Source of the DNA: Candidatus Poribacteria bacterium
Lineage (GTDB): Bacteria; Poribacteria; WGA-4E; PCPOR2b
Length of the DNA: 64,000 nt
Assembly (NCBI GenBank): GCA_965207095.1
Contig: CBDBMC010000001.1
Span: 4,832,635-4,896,634 of the forward strand
Direction of reading: 5' to 3'
A program made the translations under genes and the position numbers. Of this stretch, positions 10,759 through 24,959 are shown piece after piece (positions within the stretch are counted from its first letter, which is position 1; each line of letters opens with the position of its first letter). The notes below the pieces were generated by a model. It did no database searches and was not told where the DNA came from. It was given only the letters and a program-made list of their open reading frames with translations.

Positions 10759-12756
10759 TTACTCTGCTCGCACTCGCTTGCGGAGTTCGTTCAGGTGTTC
10801 AATGACAGCTGTTGGGGTTGTTTCCTGAAAACCGAGGTCGTGCGCCTCATCGAGCATCATTTCGGCTTGGATGGGGCTGCCCTCAAGCAAACGCATCGCG
10901 TTGTCGTAAGCAGTTACTGCGTTTTTGGAATCGCCACGCTTATGGCTGATATCCCCGAGAAAGGCGTAGGCAGCTGCAAGCCGCGGTGAGCGCGGTTGCC
11001 TCGCAATAAACTCTTGAAAAATGGTAAAAGCGGTGTCGAAACGTTGATTCTCATAATGGACACGACCAATCCGGAACTCCGCTTGGTCGGCGAAGCTATC
11101 TCTATAGCCCGGTGCAAGGTAATGCGTCTGTTTTGGATAAGCGATTGTGGTCTGATAGGCTTTCACAGCGGCATCATACTGGTCGAGGGTATGATACATT
11201 TCGCCAAGTTGGAAATGTGCCATCATGGTATGTGAGGAGGAAGGATAATCCGCGATAAGCATCTGATAAGCTTCAATCGCCTTTTCCGTATCATTGAGAT
11301 GTTCAGCAAAGATAACCCCGGTTCGATACACAGCTTCAGCCGCCCACAGGGACTGGTGATATCCCTCAATCACTTGGCGGTACGCAGCGACTGCCCCCTC
11401 GTAATCTTTCAACTCCCGCTCATAAATTTTTCCCGCACGGAATAGTGCGTAGGGAGTCAACGCACCGCTCGTTGACTGCAGTTGCTGGATGGTCGCATGC
11501 AATTCAATAGAGCGGAGTTGGGACTGTGCCTGTGTCGCGTATTCACTATTGGGCATATTAATAATAAATTGCCGTGTAAGTGGGAGAGCATCAATATAGT
11601 TTTTTGCGGCGAGCAGATCTTTTATTCGATGCCATTCGACTTTCGGAAAATCTAACTCCAGATGCTGAATCTTTGTTTTCAACTCCATTTCGACTCGCGA
11701 CGGATCTTGGTCATACTTTCCAATTGCGCCCAAGTAGATGGGATCTAAGTTAGGCAGGTAAGCATACAGAAATGTTTGGAACGCCTTAGTTGCGCTTCGA
11801 TAGTCATGCAATTGTTCATAACAGACGCCCGACCAGTAGAAGACGGCGTGCATCTTCCAGAAGTCCGGATGTTTCTGTGGGAGTTGTTCAAATGCGTGTA
11901 CAGCTGCAGCAAATCGTCCCTGCATCTGATGGATGCGCCCGATTTGAAAAAGTGATTCCGCTGCGAAAAGGCTCACGTGACGAAAGTTATGAACAACCTT
12001 CTGATATGCTTCGATTGCTAGCGCTGGTTGATTCAGGACCTTATCTCGCAGATTCCCAATGCGCCACTGTGCTTCGGAGGCGAGTTTGGTGTCGAGGGGT
12101 TGCTGCAAAATCTCCTCATAGACGGTGATTGCTTTCTCCGGTTGATTCAGTTGATAGGGGCTGCGATACAGCTCTGCAATATGGAATTTTGCTTCGATTG
12201 CGAGGGGAGTTGCTTTGTGGGTCTGGATGATGCGCTGCTGCTCTTGCAAATCATCAAGAGCGGTCTGAATAGCATGAATTTTTCGTAAGCCAGTTTTGTA
12301 TGCGAGGTGGGTAGGTGGAAACTGGTCAGCAAGAGTTTGATAGGTTTGAATCGCTTGCTCGTATCTTCCCATGCGACAATACACGTCGCCTTTCTTGATG
12401 TAACCGAGGAACAGATCTTCCCGTGTGGCTCCTTTACTACCCAATTGGATAATCTTATCGTAAACGTCTAAGGCTTGAGGATATTGATGGGTATGGGCAT
12501 AGTAAATATCACCCAATTTTTCGTAGATCCCGCTGAGCTGTTCGACGCTTTCTGTTGAATCAGCCAGCTTCTCAAGGCGCTGCGCAGCCTCATGATACTT
12601 TCCATCTTCAAGCAGGGTGGTAATATTCTGGGCTTGCATTTCTGTGCTAGTGAACAGAACTAGATATAGAGCAGCAGCGCACAGGAAGCATCTCAGGTGT
12701 GGAGCGTGGTGCCTATCACATAAAACGGATTCTTTCATTCTTTCATCCCTCCGCAC
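10759..12756 (-). CDS. Exported tetratricopeptide-repeat protein
   Basis: Hydrophobic N-terminus and many TPR units (AQWRIG, SLFQIG, AHFQLG, AEFRIG; YP.S). Start may be 12738. Confidence 0.85.
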   Translation of the reverse strand: MRRDERMKESVLCDRHHAPHLRCFLCAAALYLVLFTSTEMQAQNITTLLEDGKYHEAAQRLEKLADSTESVEQLSGIYEKLGDIYYAHTHQYPQALDVYDKIIQLGSKGATREDLFLGYIKKGDVYCRMGRYEQAIQTYQTLADQFPPTHLAYKTGLRKIHAIQTALDDLQEQQRIIQTHKATPLAIEAKFHIAELYRSPYQLNQPEKAITVYEEILQQPLDTKLASEAQWRIGNLRDKVLNQPALAIEAYQKVVHNFRHVSLFAAESLFQIGRIHQMQGRFAAAVHAFEQLPQKHPDFWKMHAVFYWSGVCYEQLHDYRSATKAFQTFLYAYLPNLDPIYLGAIGKYDQDPSRVEMELKTKIQHLELDFPKVEWHRIKDLLAAKNYIDALPLTRQFIINMPNSEYATQAQSQLRSIELHATIQQLQSTSGALTPYALFRAGKIYERELKDYEGAVAAYRQVIEGYHQSLWAAEAVYRTGVIFAEHLNDTEKAIEAYQMLIADYPSSSHTMMAHFQLGEMYHTLDQYDAAVKAYQTTIAYPKQTHYLAPGYRDSFADQAEFRIGRVHYENQRFDTAFTIFQEFIARQPRSPRLAAAYAFLGDISHKRGDSKNAVTAYDNAMRLLEGSPIQAEMMLDEAHDLGFQETTPTAVIEHLNELRKRVRAE

Positions 12757-12790
12757 CCAGGGTTCGATCGGGATTCACAGGAGTCTTGTC

Positions 12791-13345
12791 TTAGGGAGCC
12801 TCTGCTAATACCAGCAGCCGAAGCGTTGCCAACCGGTCGTTACCCTTCAAATGTCTCGTTTCAAGCGCTTCAGTGCGGTTATTCCGAATCTCTGCTTGTC
12901 GATATAACTCAATTCTCTCGTGTGACGACGGTATTGATGTATCTAGCGGTTGATCTTGGTTCATAAAAATCGTAGCGATTGAAATGACAATCACTAGCGC
13001 AAATGTCGCCAGAGCACTGTGAAAAATCCATGTAGGTCCCCACTTGATTGGTGTCAATCGAAAGGCAGCAAGGAATTGGAAAAGGGAGTGCGTTCGCTTG
13101 GGAGGCGGAGATTCTGTCGCTAAACGTTTGTAGACATTCATCTCAATGCTATCAAGGATAACAGGGGGTATCGGTATCTCCTCGATCTCCTCGGTCAAGC
13201 GCAAAGTGTTTTGCAAGGATTGCACTTCGCGGGCACAGGCAGCGCAGCCTTCTAGATGTTCCTCGATGCGTGCAGCCTGCTCCTCATCAAGGAGGTCACA
13301 GACATAGTCGGTGTATAATTTTTCTGACTGTTTGCATTGTTTCAT
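12791..13345 (-). CDS. Zinc-finger (HxxxCxxC) transmembrane anti-sigma factor
   Basis: EEHLEGCAAC ZAS motif, one TM helix, directly downstream of an ECF sigma gene. Confidence 0.85.
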   Translation of the reverse strand: MKQCKQSEKLYTDYVCDLLDEEQAARIEEHLEGCAACAREVQSLQNTLRLTEEIEEIPIPPVILDSIEMNVYKRLATESPPPKRTHSLFQFLAAFRLTPIKWGPTWIFHSALATFALVIVISIATIFMNQDQPLDTSIPSSHERIELYRQAEIRNNRTEALETRHLKGNDRLATLRLLVLAEAP

Positions 13346-13362
13346 TCGGCAAACTCCTTTGA

Positions 13363-13941
13363 TTAGATCTCATCTCCCTCCCAGAGGGGTTGTAGCAAAT
13401 TCTGTAATTTTCTCACGGCACGGTGCAGATGAATCTTGACCGTACCTTCTGCCATTCCAAGCACTTCAGTGATTTCCTTAATCTGTAGTCCTTGGTAGCG
13501 ATTCACAAAAACAGCTTTCTGTTTTGGCGAAAGTTGATCTATTGCATCACGAATAACCCGATGTCGATCTTTTTCCTCAGCCTCCCACTCGGGATTACTC
13601 CACAAATCAATGGCGGTTGGTTCGTTTAGGGCAAACTCTTCATCATCGAGCGAGTAGGTCTGACGACGCGCTCTCGAACGGTGGAAATCAATTGATAGGT
13701 TATGAGCAATTTTATAAAGCCACGTTGAGAAACGGGCTTGCGGTTTCCAAGAATCAAGCGCGCGATACGCTTTAAAAAAGACCTCAATTGTCAACTCTTC
13801 AGCATCTTCATAGTTTTTCACAGACCTGAGAAGGTAGGCGTAAATTTGCCCTTTATATCGCTTCATCAGAGCATCAAATGCATCAAGGCGACCGGCTTGA
13901 AACTGTGCAACTAATATTTCATCTTCAACGATTCTGTCCAT
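13363..13941 (-). CDS. ECF RNA polymerase sigma factor
   Basis: DAEELTIEVF, FSTWLYKIAHN (region 2), EGTVKIHLHRA (region 4). Start re-assigned to ATG at 13941. Confidence 0.92.
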   Translation of the reverse strand: MDRIVEDEILVAQFQAGRLDAFDALMKRYKGQIYAYLLRSVKNYEDAEELTIEVFFKAYRALDSWKPQARFSTWLYKIAHNLSIDFHRSRARRQTYSLDDEEFALNEPTAIDLWSNPEWEAEEKDRHRVIRDAIDQLSPKQKAVFVNRYQGLQIKEITEVLGMAEGTVKIHLHRAVRKLQNLLQPLWEGDEI

Positions 13942-14054
13942 GAGCAACTTCCTGTGACGATAAGAGTAGGCGAATTTTTTGTCTAAACGATTTGTGATCT
14001 GGAGAGGTTTACAACCGAGATTTACGGTTCCTAAGATTTTTATCGACAAAAAAA

Positions 14055-14699
14055 CTACACACCTAAACTCGCCTTCGCACGCTGGATCTCATCGGATAAG
14101 TGACGCGTTGCGGCCACAGGATCCGCTTGTGCACATACCGCTGAAATGACAGCAATTCCATGGGCACCCGCCCGGATAACTTCATATGCAGTTTCAGCGG
14201 CAATACCACCGATCGCAATGACGGGACATTGCGTGGTCTCGCACATGCGTTGCAGCACTTCTAGACCTTTTGGTAGCTCTGCGTCCGGCTTGGAGGAGGT
14301 CTGATAGACAGGACCGAATCCGATGTAATCTGCTCCCGCAGAGATAGCTTCGAAGATCTTCTCCTCCGTACGTGCCGACGCGCCGATAATCATTCGCGAT
14401 GTGAGGACTCGTCGTCCAATCGCAATCGGTAGATCATCCTGTCCAAAATGGGCACCCGCCGCACCGACAGCGAGGGCGATATCCGCTCGATCGTTGACAA
14501 TCAAGGAGACACCATGCACCCCACAGACAGCTTGCACCGTCTGTGCGGACTCGACCAATTCACGTGTGCTTCCATCTTTCTGACGAAACTGGATGGTATC
14601 AGCGCCGCCCTCAATCGCCATTTGCGCTAACTGTGCGTGCGAAAACCGCGATTGGATAGTTGTATCCGTGATGACGTGAAGTTCACCAATCTGTTTCAT
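14055..14699 (-). CDS. thiE: Thiamine phosphate synthase
   Basis: QFRQK, LIVNDRAD, HFGQDD, GPVYQTSSK, IAIGGI. Confidence 0.92.
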   Translation of the reverse strand: MKQIGELHVITDTTIQSRFSHAQLAQMAIEGGADTIQFRQKDGSTRELVESAQTVQAVCGVHGVSLIVNDRADIALAVGAAGAHFGQDDLPIAIGRRVLTSRMIIGASARTEEKIFEAISAGADYIGFGPVYQTSSKPDAELPKGLEVLQRMCETTQCPVIAIGGIAAETAYEVIRAGAHGIAVISAVCAQADPVAATRHLSDEIQRAKASLGV

Positions 14700-14776
14700 G
14701 GATTTTAACCATTTTACTAAAGCTGCTGCACTCGAAATGGGGAAGGTTCGCCCCAGACACGAAGTGGGTGAAGCTG

Positions 14777-15061
14777 CTACTCGCCTTCGATCAGCTCACC
14801 AGCTTTCTTTTTAAAAGCGATCGCGCTTCGTGAGACCTCGACCTTCACATCTTCTGCAATTGTCAGAACGACAAGATCCTTATCCACACCCACAATTTTT
14901 CCATGCAATCCACCTGTGGTAACAACTTCGTCTGCTTTGGTCAGGTTGCTCAGCATAGCTTGATGTTTTTTTCGCTTCAGCTGTTCGGGGCGTAAAATCA
15001 GGAAGTAAAAGATAGGAATTATCAGAAGAATGGGAAAGAAAAAGCTGAAAAGAGACTCCAT
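14777..15061 (-). CDS. yajC: Preprotein translocase subunit YajC
   Basis: FYFLILRP..KRKKHQAMLSNL...VVTTGGLHG. Confidence 0.92.
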   Translation of the reverse strand: MESLFSFFFPILLIIPIFYFLILRPEQLKRKKHQAMLSNLTKADEVVTTGGLHGKIVGVDKDLVVLTIAEDVKVEVSRSAIAFKKKAGELIEGE

Positions 15062-15079
15062 AATGTAATGTCCTCCAAG

Positions 15080-16108
15080 TTAAAGAATGAGCATTGCATC
15101 GCCATAGCTATAGAAGCGATATTTTTGTGCAATTGCTTCTTGGTACGCTTCGAGAATGAAATCATGCCCGGCAAATGCACTGACGAGCATGAGCAAGGTT
15201 GATTTCGGTAGATGAAAATTAGTTACCAAAGTATCGACAACTTTGAATTGATAACCGGGATATATAAAGATATCGGTATATCCCTGATACGGACTAACGC
15301 TGCAACCCGACGCAACCGTTTCAAGGGCACGAACGGAAGTGGTTCCAATTGCGACGATTTTTCGCCCTTCCTCCTTTGCAACATTAATCCGATTAGCACT
15401 TGTTTGGGACAGCTCAAAATATTCCGAGTGCATCTTGTGCATCTCGATATTTTCCGTCTTGACGGGTTGGAACGTGCCGAGTCCAACATGTAGCGTCAGT
15501 GGCACTTGAGGAATCCCATTACGCTTGAGTTTATCCATTAAACCCAACGTAAAATGCAATCCCGCGGTTGGGGCAGCGACTGCGCCTGCCTCCTTCGCAT
15601 ACACGCATTGATACTCCTCTTTGTCAGTGCGGTTCGGATCACGTTTTATATAAGGTGGCAAAGGAACGTTCCCCACCTGTGCGAGAATCTCGTCGAAATT
15701 GCCATCGTATTTGAATCGAACAGTATAAAGACCGAGTGATGATTTTGCAAGAATTTTTGCAGTCAACGCTCCATCCTCAAAGACAATACGCGTTCCATGC
15801 GTGACACGCCTGCCCGGCTTGACAAGCGCCTCCCAAGTATTCGCGCCCTTCTGACGGGTTAGGAGGAGTTCAATCTTTCCACCCGTTGGGATTTTTCGAC
15901 CTATCAGACGTGCTGGAATGACTTTAGTGTTATTGATTACAAGCAAGGAACGGGTAGGGAGGAATTCGGCAATTTGGGAGAACTGTGTGTGGTGAATTTT
16001 GCGTGTACCTCGATCCAAGATCATCAATCGGGACGCATCCCTTTGCGGACAGGGGTGCTGTGCAATAAGTGCTTCAGGTAGGTCATAGTCATAATCGGTG
16101 AGTTTCAT
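15080..16108 (-). CDS. queA: SAM:tRNA ribosyltransferase-isomerase
   Basis: DYDYDLPEALIAQHP, GAVAAPTAGLHF, TNFHLPKSTL, YRFYSYGDAM. Confidence 0.96.
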   Translation of the reverse strand: MKLTDYDYDLPEALIAQHPCPQRDASRLMILDRGTRKIHHTQFSQIAEFLPTRSLLVINNTKVIPARLIGRKIPTGGKIELLLTRQKGANTWEALVKPGRRVTHGTRIVFEDGALTAKILAKSSLGLYTVRFKYDGNFDEILAQVGNVPLPPYIKRDPNRTDKEEYQCVYAKEAGAVAAPTAGLHFTLGLMDKLKRNGIPQVPLTLHVGLGTFQPVKTENIEMHKMHSEYFELSQTSANRINVAKEEGRKIVAIGTTSVRALETVASGCSVSPYQGYTDIFIYPGYQFKVVDTLVTNFHLPKSTLLMLVSAFAGHDFILEAYQEAIAQKYRFYSYGDAMLIL

Positions 16109-16167
16109 GCTTATTATATTTACGGAAGGATTAGATTTGGTGCTGTTTTATAAATCAGCAGAGAGAT

Positions 16168-17199
16168 TCAGAAAAGTGTCGTCTGATACTCAGGTCTTGG
16201 ATACCCAAGATGCTGATAAGCGGCATCTGTTGCAACCCGCCCCATCGGTGTCAGGGTTAAAAAGCCCAGTTTAATTAAGTAGGGTTCGTAGACCTCCTCG
16301 ATGGTACGCTCATCTTCACTGACGGCGACCGCCATCGCCTTCAGACCAGCCCGTCCACGAAAGTTTTCAATCATTGTCCGGAGATAGAGTCTATCGTTGT
16401 CGTCCAAGCCGAGTTCATCAATCTGGAAAAAATCCAACGCTTCCTGAGCGATATCATAGGTGATAACACCGTCAGATTTGACGGTTGTGTAATCCCTGAC
16501 CTTTCTTAACATATTTTCCGCAATACGCATGGTGCCTCTTGAACGACGAGCCAATTCGTACTCCGCTTCCTCATCAATTTTCACGGGAGGCTGCATCCGC
16601 TGGCTGAGCCGATTGATAGCGATCTGAATTTCCTCCGGTGCGTAATAATCGAGATGGATGCGCGTTCCAAAGCGATCTCGAAAGGGCCCCCCTAACAATC
16701 CCTCACGCGTAGTTGCGCCTACGAGGGTGAAATGGGCGAGCGGTACGGTAATAATATCCGCGGCAGGTCCCTGACCGATGGGTAAATCTATCTTGTAATC
16801 CTCCATTGCGGGATACATTGATTCTTGAACATAGCCCTTCATACGATGGATCTCATCAATGAAAAAGATTGCCCGTTCTTCGAGGGTAGTTAACATTGTC
16901 GCAAGGTCCAAACGTTCCATCATGGGACCAACTGCTGACTTGAAGCTGCTTCCCATTTCGTTGGCAACAATCCGAGCCAATGTCGTCTTACCGAGTCCGG
17001 GCGGTCCCACAAAGAGAATATGTGCTAATGCTTGATCCCTACTTTTGGCAGCTTCGATATGAATACGCAGCTGCTCTTTAATCTTCTCCTGTCCGATGAA
17101 TTCATCAAGGGTCTGCGGTCTGAGGTTATATTGGTCGCTCGCTAACTCTTCGATATCCGATTCGCTGAGAAGGGTTTGCATCTCTTTATCTGTATTCAT
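16168..17199 (-). CDS. ruvB: Holliday junction helicase RuvB
   Basis: LRPQTLDEFIGQ, GPPGLGKTT, FIDEIHR, GATTR, EPYL. Confidence 0.93.
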   Translation of the reverse strand: MNTDKEMQTLLSESDIEELASDQYNLRPQTLDEFIGQEKIKEQLRIHIEAAKSRDQALAHILFVGPPGLGKTTLARIVANEMGSSFKSAVGPMMERLDLATMLTTLEERAIFFIDEIHRMKGYVQESMYPAMEDYKIDLPIGQGPAADIITVPLAHFTLVGATTREGLLGGPFRDRFGTRIHLDYYAPEEIQIAINRLSQRMQPPVKIDEEAEYELARRSRGTMRIAENMLRKVRDYTTVKSDGVITYDIAQEALDFFQIDELGLDDNDRLYLRTMIENFRGRAGLKAMAVAVSEDERTIEEVYEPYLIKLGFLTLTPMGRVATDAAYQHLGYPRPEYQTTLF

Positions 17200-17208
17200 G
17201 AGCTAGAC

Positions 17209-17802
17209 TCACTGATTTAATCGAGCAAGAGCCAACCGGACCAAATCCTCCGGTTTTGCTTTGGGACCTAAGATTTTCTGGGCATCTGTGATTGCACGTT
17301 CTGCTGCGGCTTCGTTGGCTCCTAACCCCATCAACACCTGTACCCCCGCCTCCGTATGCTCTTGACTGCCAGCCTCTTCAACCTTGGCATCAAAGTGAAT
17401 CTTACGAACAGTATTTTTGAGTTTCATAATCATGAGTTGCGCAAGCTCTTTATTGAGGCGTGGTACTCGCATCAGAGTGGAGTGATCGCCATCGCGGATT
17501 GCACGCTGGAATTCAGGAGGGGAGAGTTTTGAGACGACATTTAACGCTAAGGCGGGGCCTACCCCTTTTACCACCAGGGCGGTTTCAAAGATTGTGAGTT
17601 CATCCGGTGACGAAAATCCGTAGAGCTTGACTTCGTTTTCGCGGCAGTGATAGTGCGTATAAAATTTGATTTCGGATCCAACTTCTGGCAACTGCGATTT
17701 TGTGTTCTCCGGTATTTCGACGCTGTATCCGACTCCGTTGACATCAACCGTGACCTGTTTTGATCCATTGACTGCTAAGATGCCCTTTACGAACGCAATC
17801 AT
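17209..17802 (-). CDS. ruvA: Holliday junction binding protein RuvA
   Basis: MIAFVKG, DVNGVGY, LYGF, VKGVGP; located between ruvC and ruvB. Confidence 0.9.
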   Translation of the reverse strand: MIAFVKGILAVNGSKQVTVDVNGVGYSVEIPENTKSQLPEVGSEIKFYTHYHCRENEVKLYGFSSPDELTIFETALVVKGVGPALALNVVSKLSPPEFQRAIRDGDHSTLMRVPRLNKELAQLMIMKLKNTVRKIHFDAKVEEAGSQEHTEAGVQVLMGLGANEAAAERAITDAQKILGPKAKPEDLVRLALARLNQ

Positions 17803-18302
17803 GACTGTTTGAGCCTTTCGCGCAGTTGAAGTATTTTATGGGAACGTGCGTGACAAATGGCTACGGCAAGCGCATCTGCCGCATGATCCGGACGAGGAAT
17901 CTCTTTGAGCCTGAGCAAAAGCTTAACCATCTCTTGGACCTGACGCTTGGGTGCTTTACCGTATCCAACAACCGCTTCCTTGACCTGAACGGGCGGATAG
18001 TTATAGAGCCGCCGATTTGTATTCGCGGCAACCAACTTAATCACACCTCTTGCCTCTCCCACAGCGAATGCGCTGCTCACGTTTTTGCTGAAGAAAAGGT
18101 CCTCAAGCGCAAAGAATTCCGGTTGATATTTGCCTGCCAGCTGAATCAGTTCGTCATAGATGGCTTTCAAACGTTGGGTAGATTCATCCTTGGGCGATGT
18201 CTGGATGCAGCCGAAATCAATCAGGCTAAACGTTGATGATTCCGCTTTAATGAAGCCATAGCCAGTATTTGCAATTCCGGGATCTATTCCAAGGACGATC
18301 AT
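17799..18302 (-). CDS. ruvC: Crossover junction endodeoxyribonuclease RuvC
   Basis: LGIDPG, EDLFF, VGYGKA, DHAADALAVAICH. Confidence 0.95.
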   Translation of the reverse strand: MIVLGIDPGIANTGYGFIKAESSTFSLIDFGCIQTSPKDESTQRLKAIYDELIQLAGKYQPEFFALEDLFFSKNVSSAFAVGEARGVIKLVAANTNRRLYNYPPVQVKEAVVGYGKAPKRQVQEMVKLLLRLKEIPRPDHAADALAVAICHARSHKILQLRERLKQS

Positions 18303-18315
18303 TATTAAGAGGGAA

Positions 18316-19062
18316 TCAGGCTGCAGCTTCTAAAATATCATCGGCGATATCGAAGTTTGCATAAACTTTCTGGACATCGTCGCTATCTTCCAGCGCCTCC
18401 ATCAACCGCAGCATCCGTTCCGCTTCCTTACCTTCCGATTTCACTGTGCTTTGGGGAAGCATCGTCAATTCAGCTTCAATAATTGTAGCGCTGGCTTCCT
18501 CAACAGCCTTTCTAACATCCTCAAAATTTTCAGGCGACGTGATAATTTCAAGGTTCTCGTCTTGAACCGTCATATCCTCTGCCCCCGAATCCAGCGCAAT
18601 CATAAATAGCTCATCTTCGTCAATACTGTGCTTTTCTATGATCATCCAACCCCGCTTATCAAACAACCATGAGACGCAGCCGGGTTCTCCCATATTTCCA
18701 CCATGTTTACTTAAGATATGTCTAATATCCGCGATCGCTCGGTTCCTGTTATCGGTTAAGACATCGATCATGATCGCAACGCCACCGGGTCCATATCCTT
18801 CATATACAATTTCTTCATAATCCACACCATCAAGTTCTCCTGTGCCGCGTAGGATTGCCTTGTCGATTGTATCGTTCGGGACATTCTTTGTTTTTGCGGC
18901 TAATACTGCAGACCTCAGACGCGGATTGACGTGGGTGTCGGCGCCGCCGATTCGTGCTGCAACCGTAATTTCCTTAATTAGCTTGGAGAAGAGCTTTCCA
19001 CGCTTCGCATCAACAGCAGCCTTGCGGTGTTTAATTGATGACCATTTTGAATGACCTGACAT
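18316..19062 (-). CDS. yebC: YebC/PmpR family protein
   Basis: MSGHSKW, YEGYGPGG, LTDNRNR, DDVQKVYAN. Confidence 0.95.
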   Translation of the reverse strand: MSGHSKWSSIKHRKAAVDAKRGKLFSKLIKEITVAARIGGADTHVNPRLRSAVLAAKTKNVPNDTIDKAILRGTGELDGVDYEEIVYEGYGPGGVAIMIDVLTDNRNRAIADIRHILSKHGGNMGEPGCVSWLFDKRGWMIIEKHSIDEDELFMIALDSGAEDMTVQDENLEIITSPENFEDVRKAVEEASATIIEAELTMLPQSTVKSEGKEAERMLRLMEALEDSDDVQKVYANFDIADDILEAAA

Positions 19063-19093
19063 TTTGTCCTCTCCTATCCATAGAATCTAGCGT

Positions 19094-19122
19094 ATTTTAG
19101 CATACAGGTAAGGTAGATGCAA
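19094..19122 (-). promoter_or_regulatory. Sigma70-type promoter of the yebC-ruvCAB operon
   Basis: TTGCAT-17 bp-TAAAAT with TG extended -10 on the minus strand. Confidence 0.6.
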
Positions 19123-19162
19123 GGAAATTGTATTGTCATTTGTGACAGGGATTTTTCGACAT

Positions 19163-19192
19163 AAAAAAAGCCCCAATCAAGAGATTGGAGCT
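19163..19192 (-). terminator. Intrinsic terminator of the rrn operon
   Basis: CCAATC-loop-GATTGG stem followed by a T7 run on the minus strand, just after 5S. Confidence 0.7.
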
Positions 19193-19203
19193 TGATTTAA
19201 GAT

Positions 19204-19321
19204 TCCCGGCAACGACCTACTTTCCCACGAGGTTACCCTCGAAGTATCATCAGCGCTGAAGGGCTTAACTGCCGTGTTCGAAATGGGTACGGGTGTTTCC
19301 CCTTCGCTGTTATCACCGGAA
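19204..19321 (-). rRNA. rrf: 5S rRNA
   Basis: Reverse complement of conserved CCCATTTCGAACACGGCAGTTAAG...GTAGGTCGTTGCCGG. Ends approximate. Confidence 0.93.
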
Positions 19322-19390
19322 AATATATTAATCGATTTATTCCATAAAATTTTGACAGTTGTATAGATTTGAAAAATAGCTATAGAGTAA

Positions 19391-22421
<3,031 letters not shown>

Positions 22422-22488
22422 ATACTTTTTTAGAAGCCGAATTCTCAAATCTATACAATTGTCAAAGATCAGAAGCTGTTATGCTTAG

Positions 22489-22562
22489 TGGAGATGAGCG
22501 GAGTCGAACCGCTGGCCTTCTGCGTGCAAAGCAGACGCTCTCCCAAACTGAGCTACACCCCC
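22489..22562 (-). tRNA. tRNA-Ala(TGC), CCA not encoded
   Basis: GGGGGTGTAGCTCAG...CTGC-TTTGCAC-GCAG...GGTTCGACTCC. Confidence 0.95.
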
Positions 22563-22571
22563 ACATAGAGT

Positions 22572-22648
22572 TGGTGGGCTTATCTGGAATCGAACCAGAG
22601 ACCTCGCGCTTATCAGGCGCGCGCTCTAACCGCCTGAGCTATAAGCCC
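22572..22648 (-). tRNA. tRNA-Ile(GAT)
   Basis: GGGCTTATAGCTCAG...CTGATAA...GGTTCGATTCC..CCCACCA. Confidence 0.95.
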
Positions 22649-22739
22649 CTAGCACAATAAAAGATGCGTTCTATGAAAGCCAAATAGTTATCCGTTATGC
22701 ACAATTCAACGAGCTCGGGCATTGAGTTAATGCCCTTGA

Positions 22740-24305
<1,566 letters not shown>

Positions 24306-24432
24306 GTCTTGAAGAAAACCCAGTCTAATAAAATTAGGTAGGATTTTCTAAGTCGACAGGAGGACTTTGTACAATATACAAGCCCTATCATATGCTATCA
24401 AAAAACGTAGCGCGTAACAGAAACTATTTAGC

Positions 24433-24444
24433 TTTCAAAGAGCA
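24433..24444 (-). promoter_or_regulatory. rrn boxA antitermination element
   Basis: TGCTCTTTGAAA in the leader; a second boxA-like TGATCTTTGACAA lies at 22459-22471 before 23S. Confidence 0.75.
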
Positions 24445-24476
24445 TCTTTTAATCCTCCTCAACGGAGGCAGGTGGA

Positions 24477-24505
24477 ATTATAGCATACCCTATCCACCCT
24501 GTCAA
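24477..24505 (-). promoter_or_regulatory. rrn promoter, perfect sigma70 consensus
   Basis: TTGACA-17 bp-TATAAT with TG extension and an A/T-rich upstream tract. Confidence 0.88.
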
Positions 24506-24530
24506 GAGAAAACAGAAGTTTTTTTCGTAT

Positions 24531-24821
24531 TTAGGACAAATCTTCTGCATGGCTGGATAAACCGCCACTAACCGCCGGCACAAAATGGATATTCGCCTCC
24601 TCGGCTATGGGCTGATGCATCCCTTCCCGGGTCATAACACCATCAATGTATACTGAGATGCTGGGACGAATCCGATCGCCATCGCAGAGCCGATCCTTGA
24701 AGCCGGGGTGGGCTGCTTCAAGATTATTGACCACTTCCCGTAGTGTTTTTCCTTCCACAACGACTTGATTCGCACCGTTGGTTAGTTTCTGCATGAGTGA
24801 GGGGATTGCAATTGTTGGCAT
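24531..24821 (-). CDS. MoaD/ThiS family sulfur carrier with a C-terminal extension
   Basis: TLREVVNNLE..HPG, IHFVPAVSGG followed by 9 extra residues. Confidence 0.85.
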   Translation of the reverse strand: MPTIAIPSLMQKLTNGANQVVVEGKTLREVVNNLEAAHPGFKDRLCDGDRIRPSISVYIDGVMTREGMHQPIAEEANIHFVPAVSGGLSSHAEDLS

Positions 24822-24959
24822 GGTATGAAAAACCCTCCGTATAAAATAGATCAGGGATATAAGGCAAACGCAGCACCCTATATCCCTGATTGTAGTTTGA
24901 GGTCCACCCGATTTAATTAATCGGGCGGTCCCAAAGTGCTAAAATTTACGACGCCGCAG

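Noticed and set aside
12743-12793. Stop-codon readthrough extending the anti-sigma factor
   Set aside because: It would add only ~15 residues, with no recoding signal or other support.
14700-14776. TPP riboswitch before thiE
   Set aside because: The spacer is short and lacks the CTGAGA and GCGTAGG-type cores.
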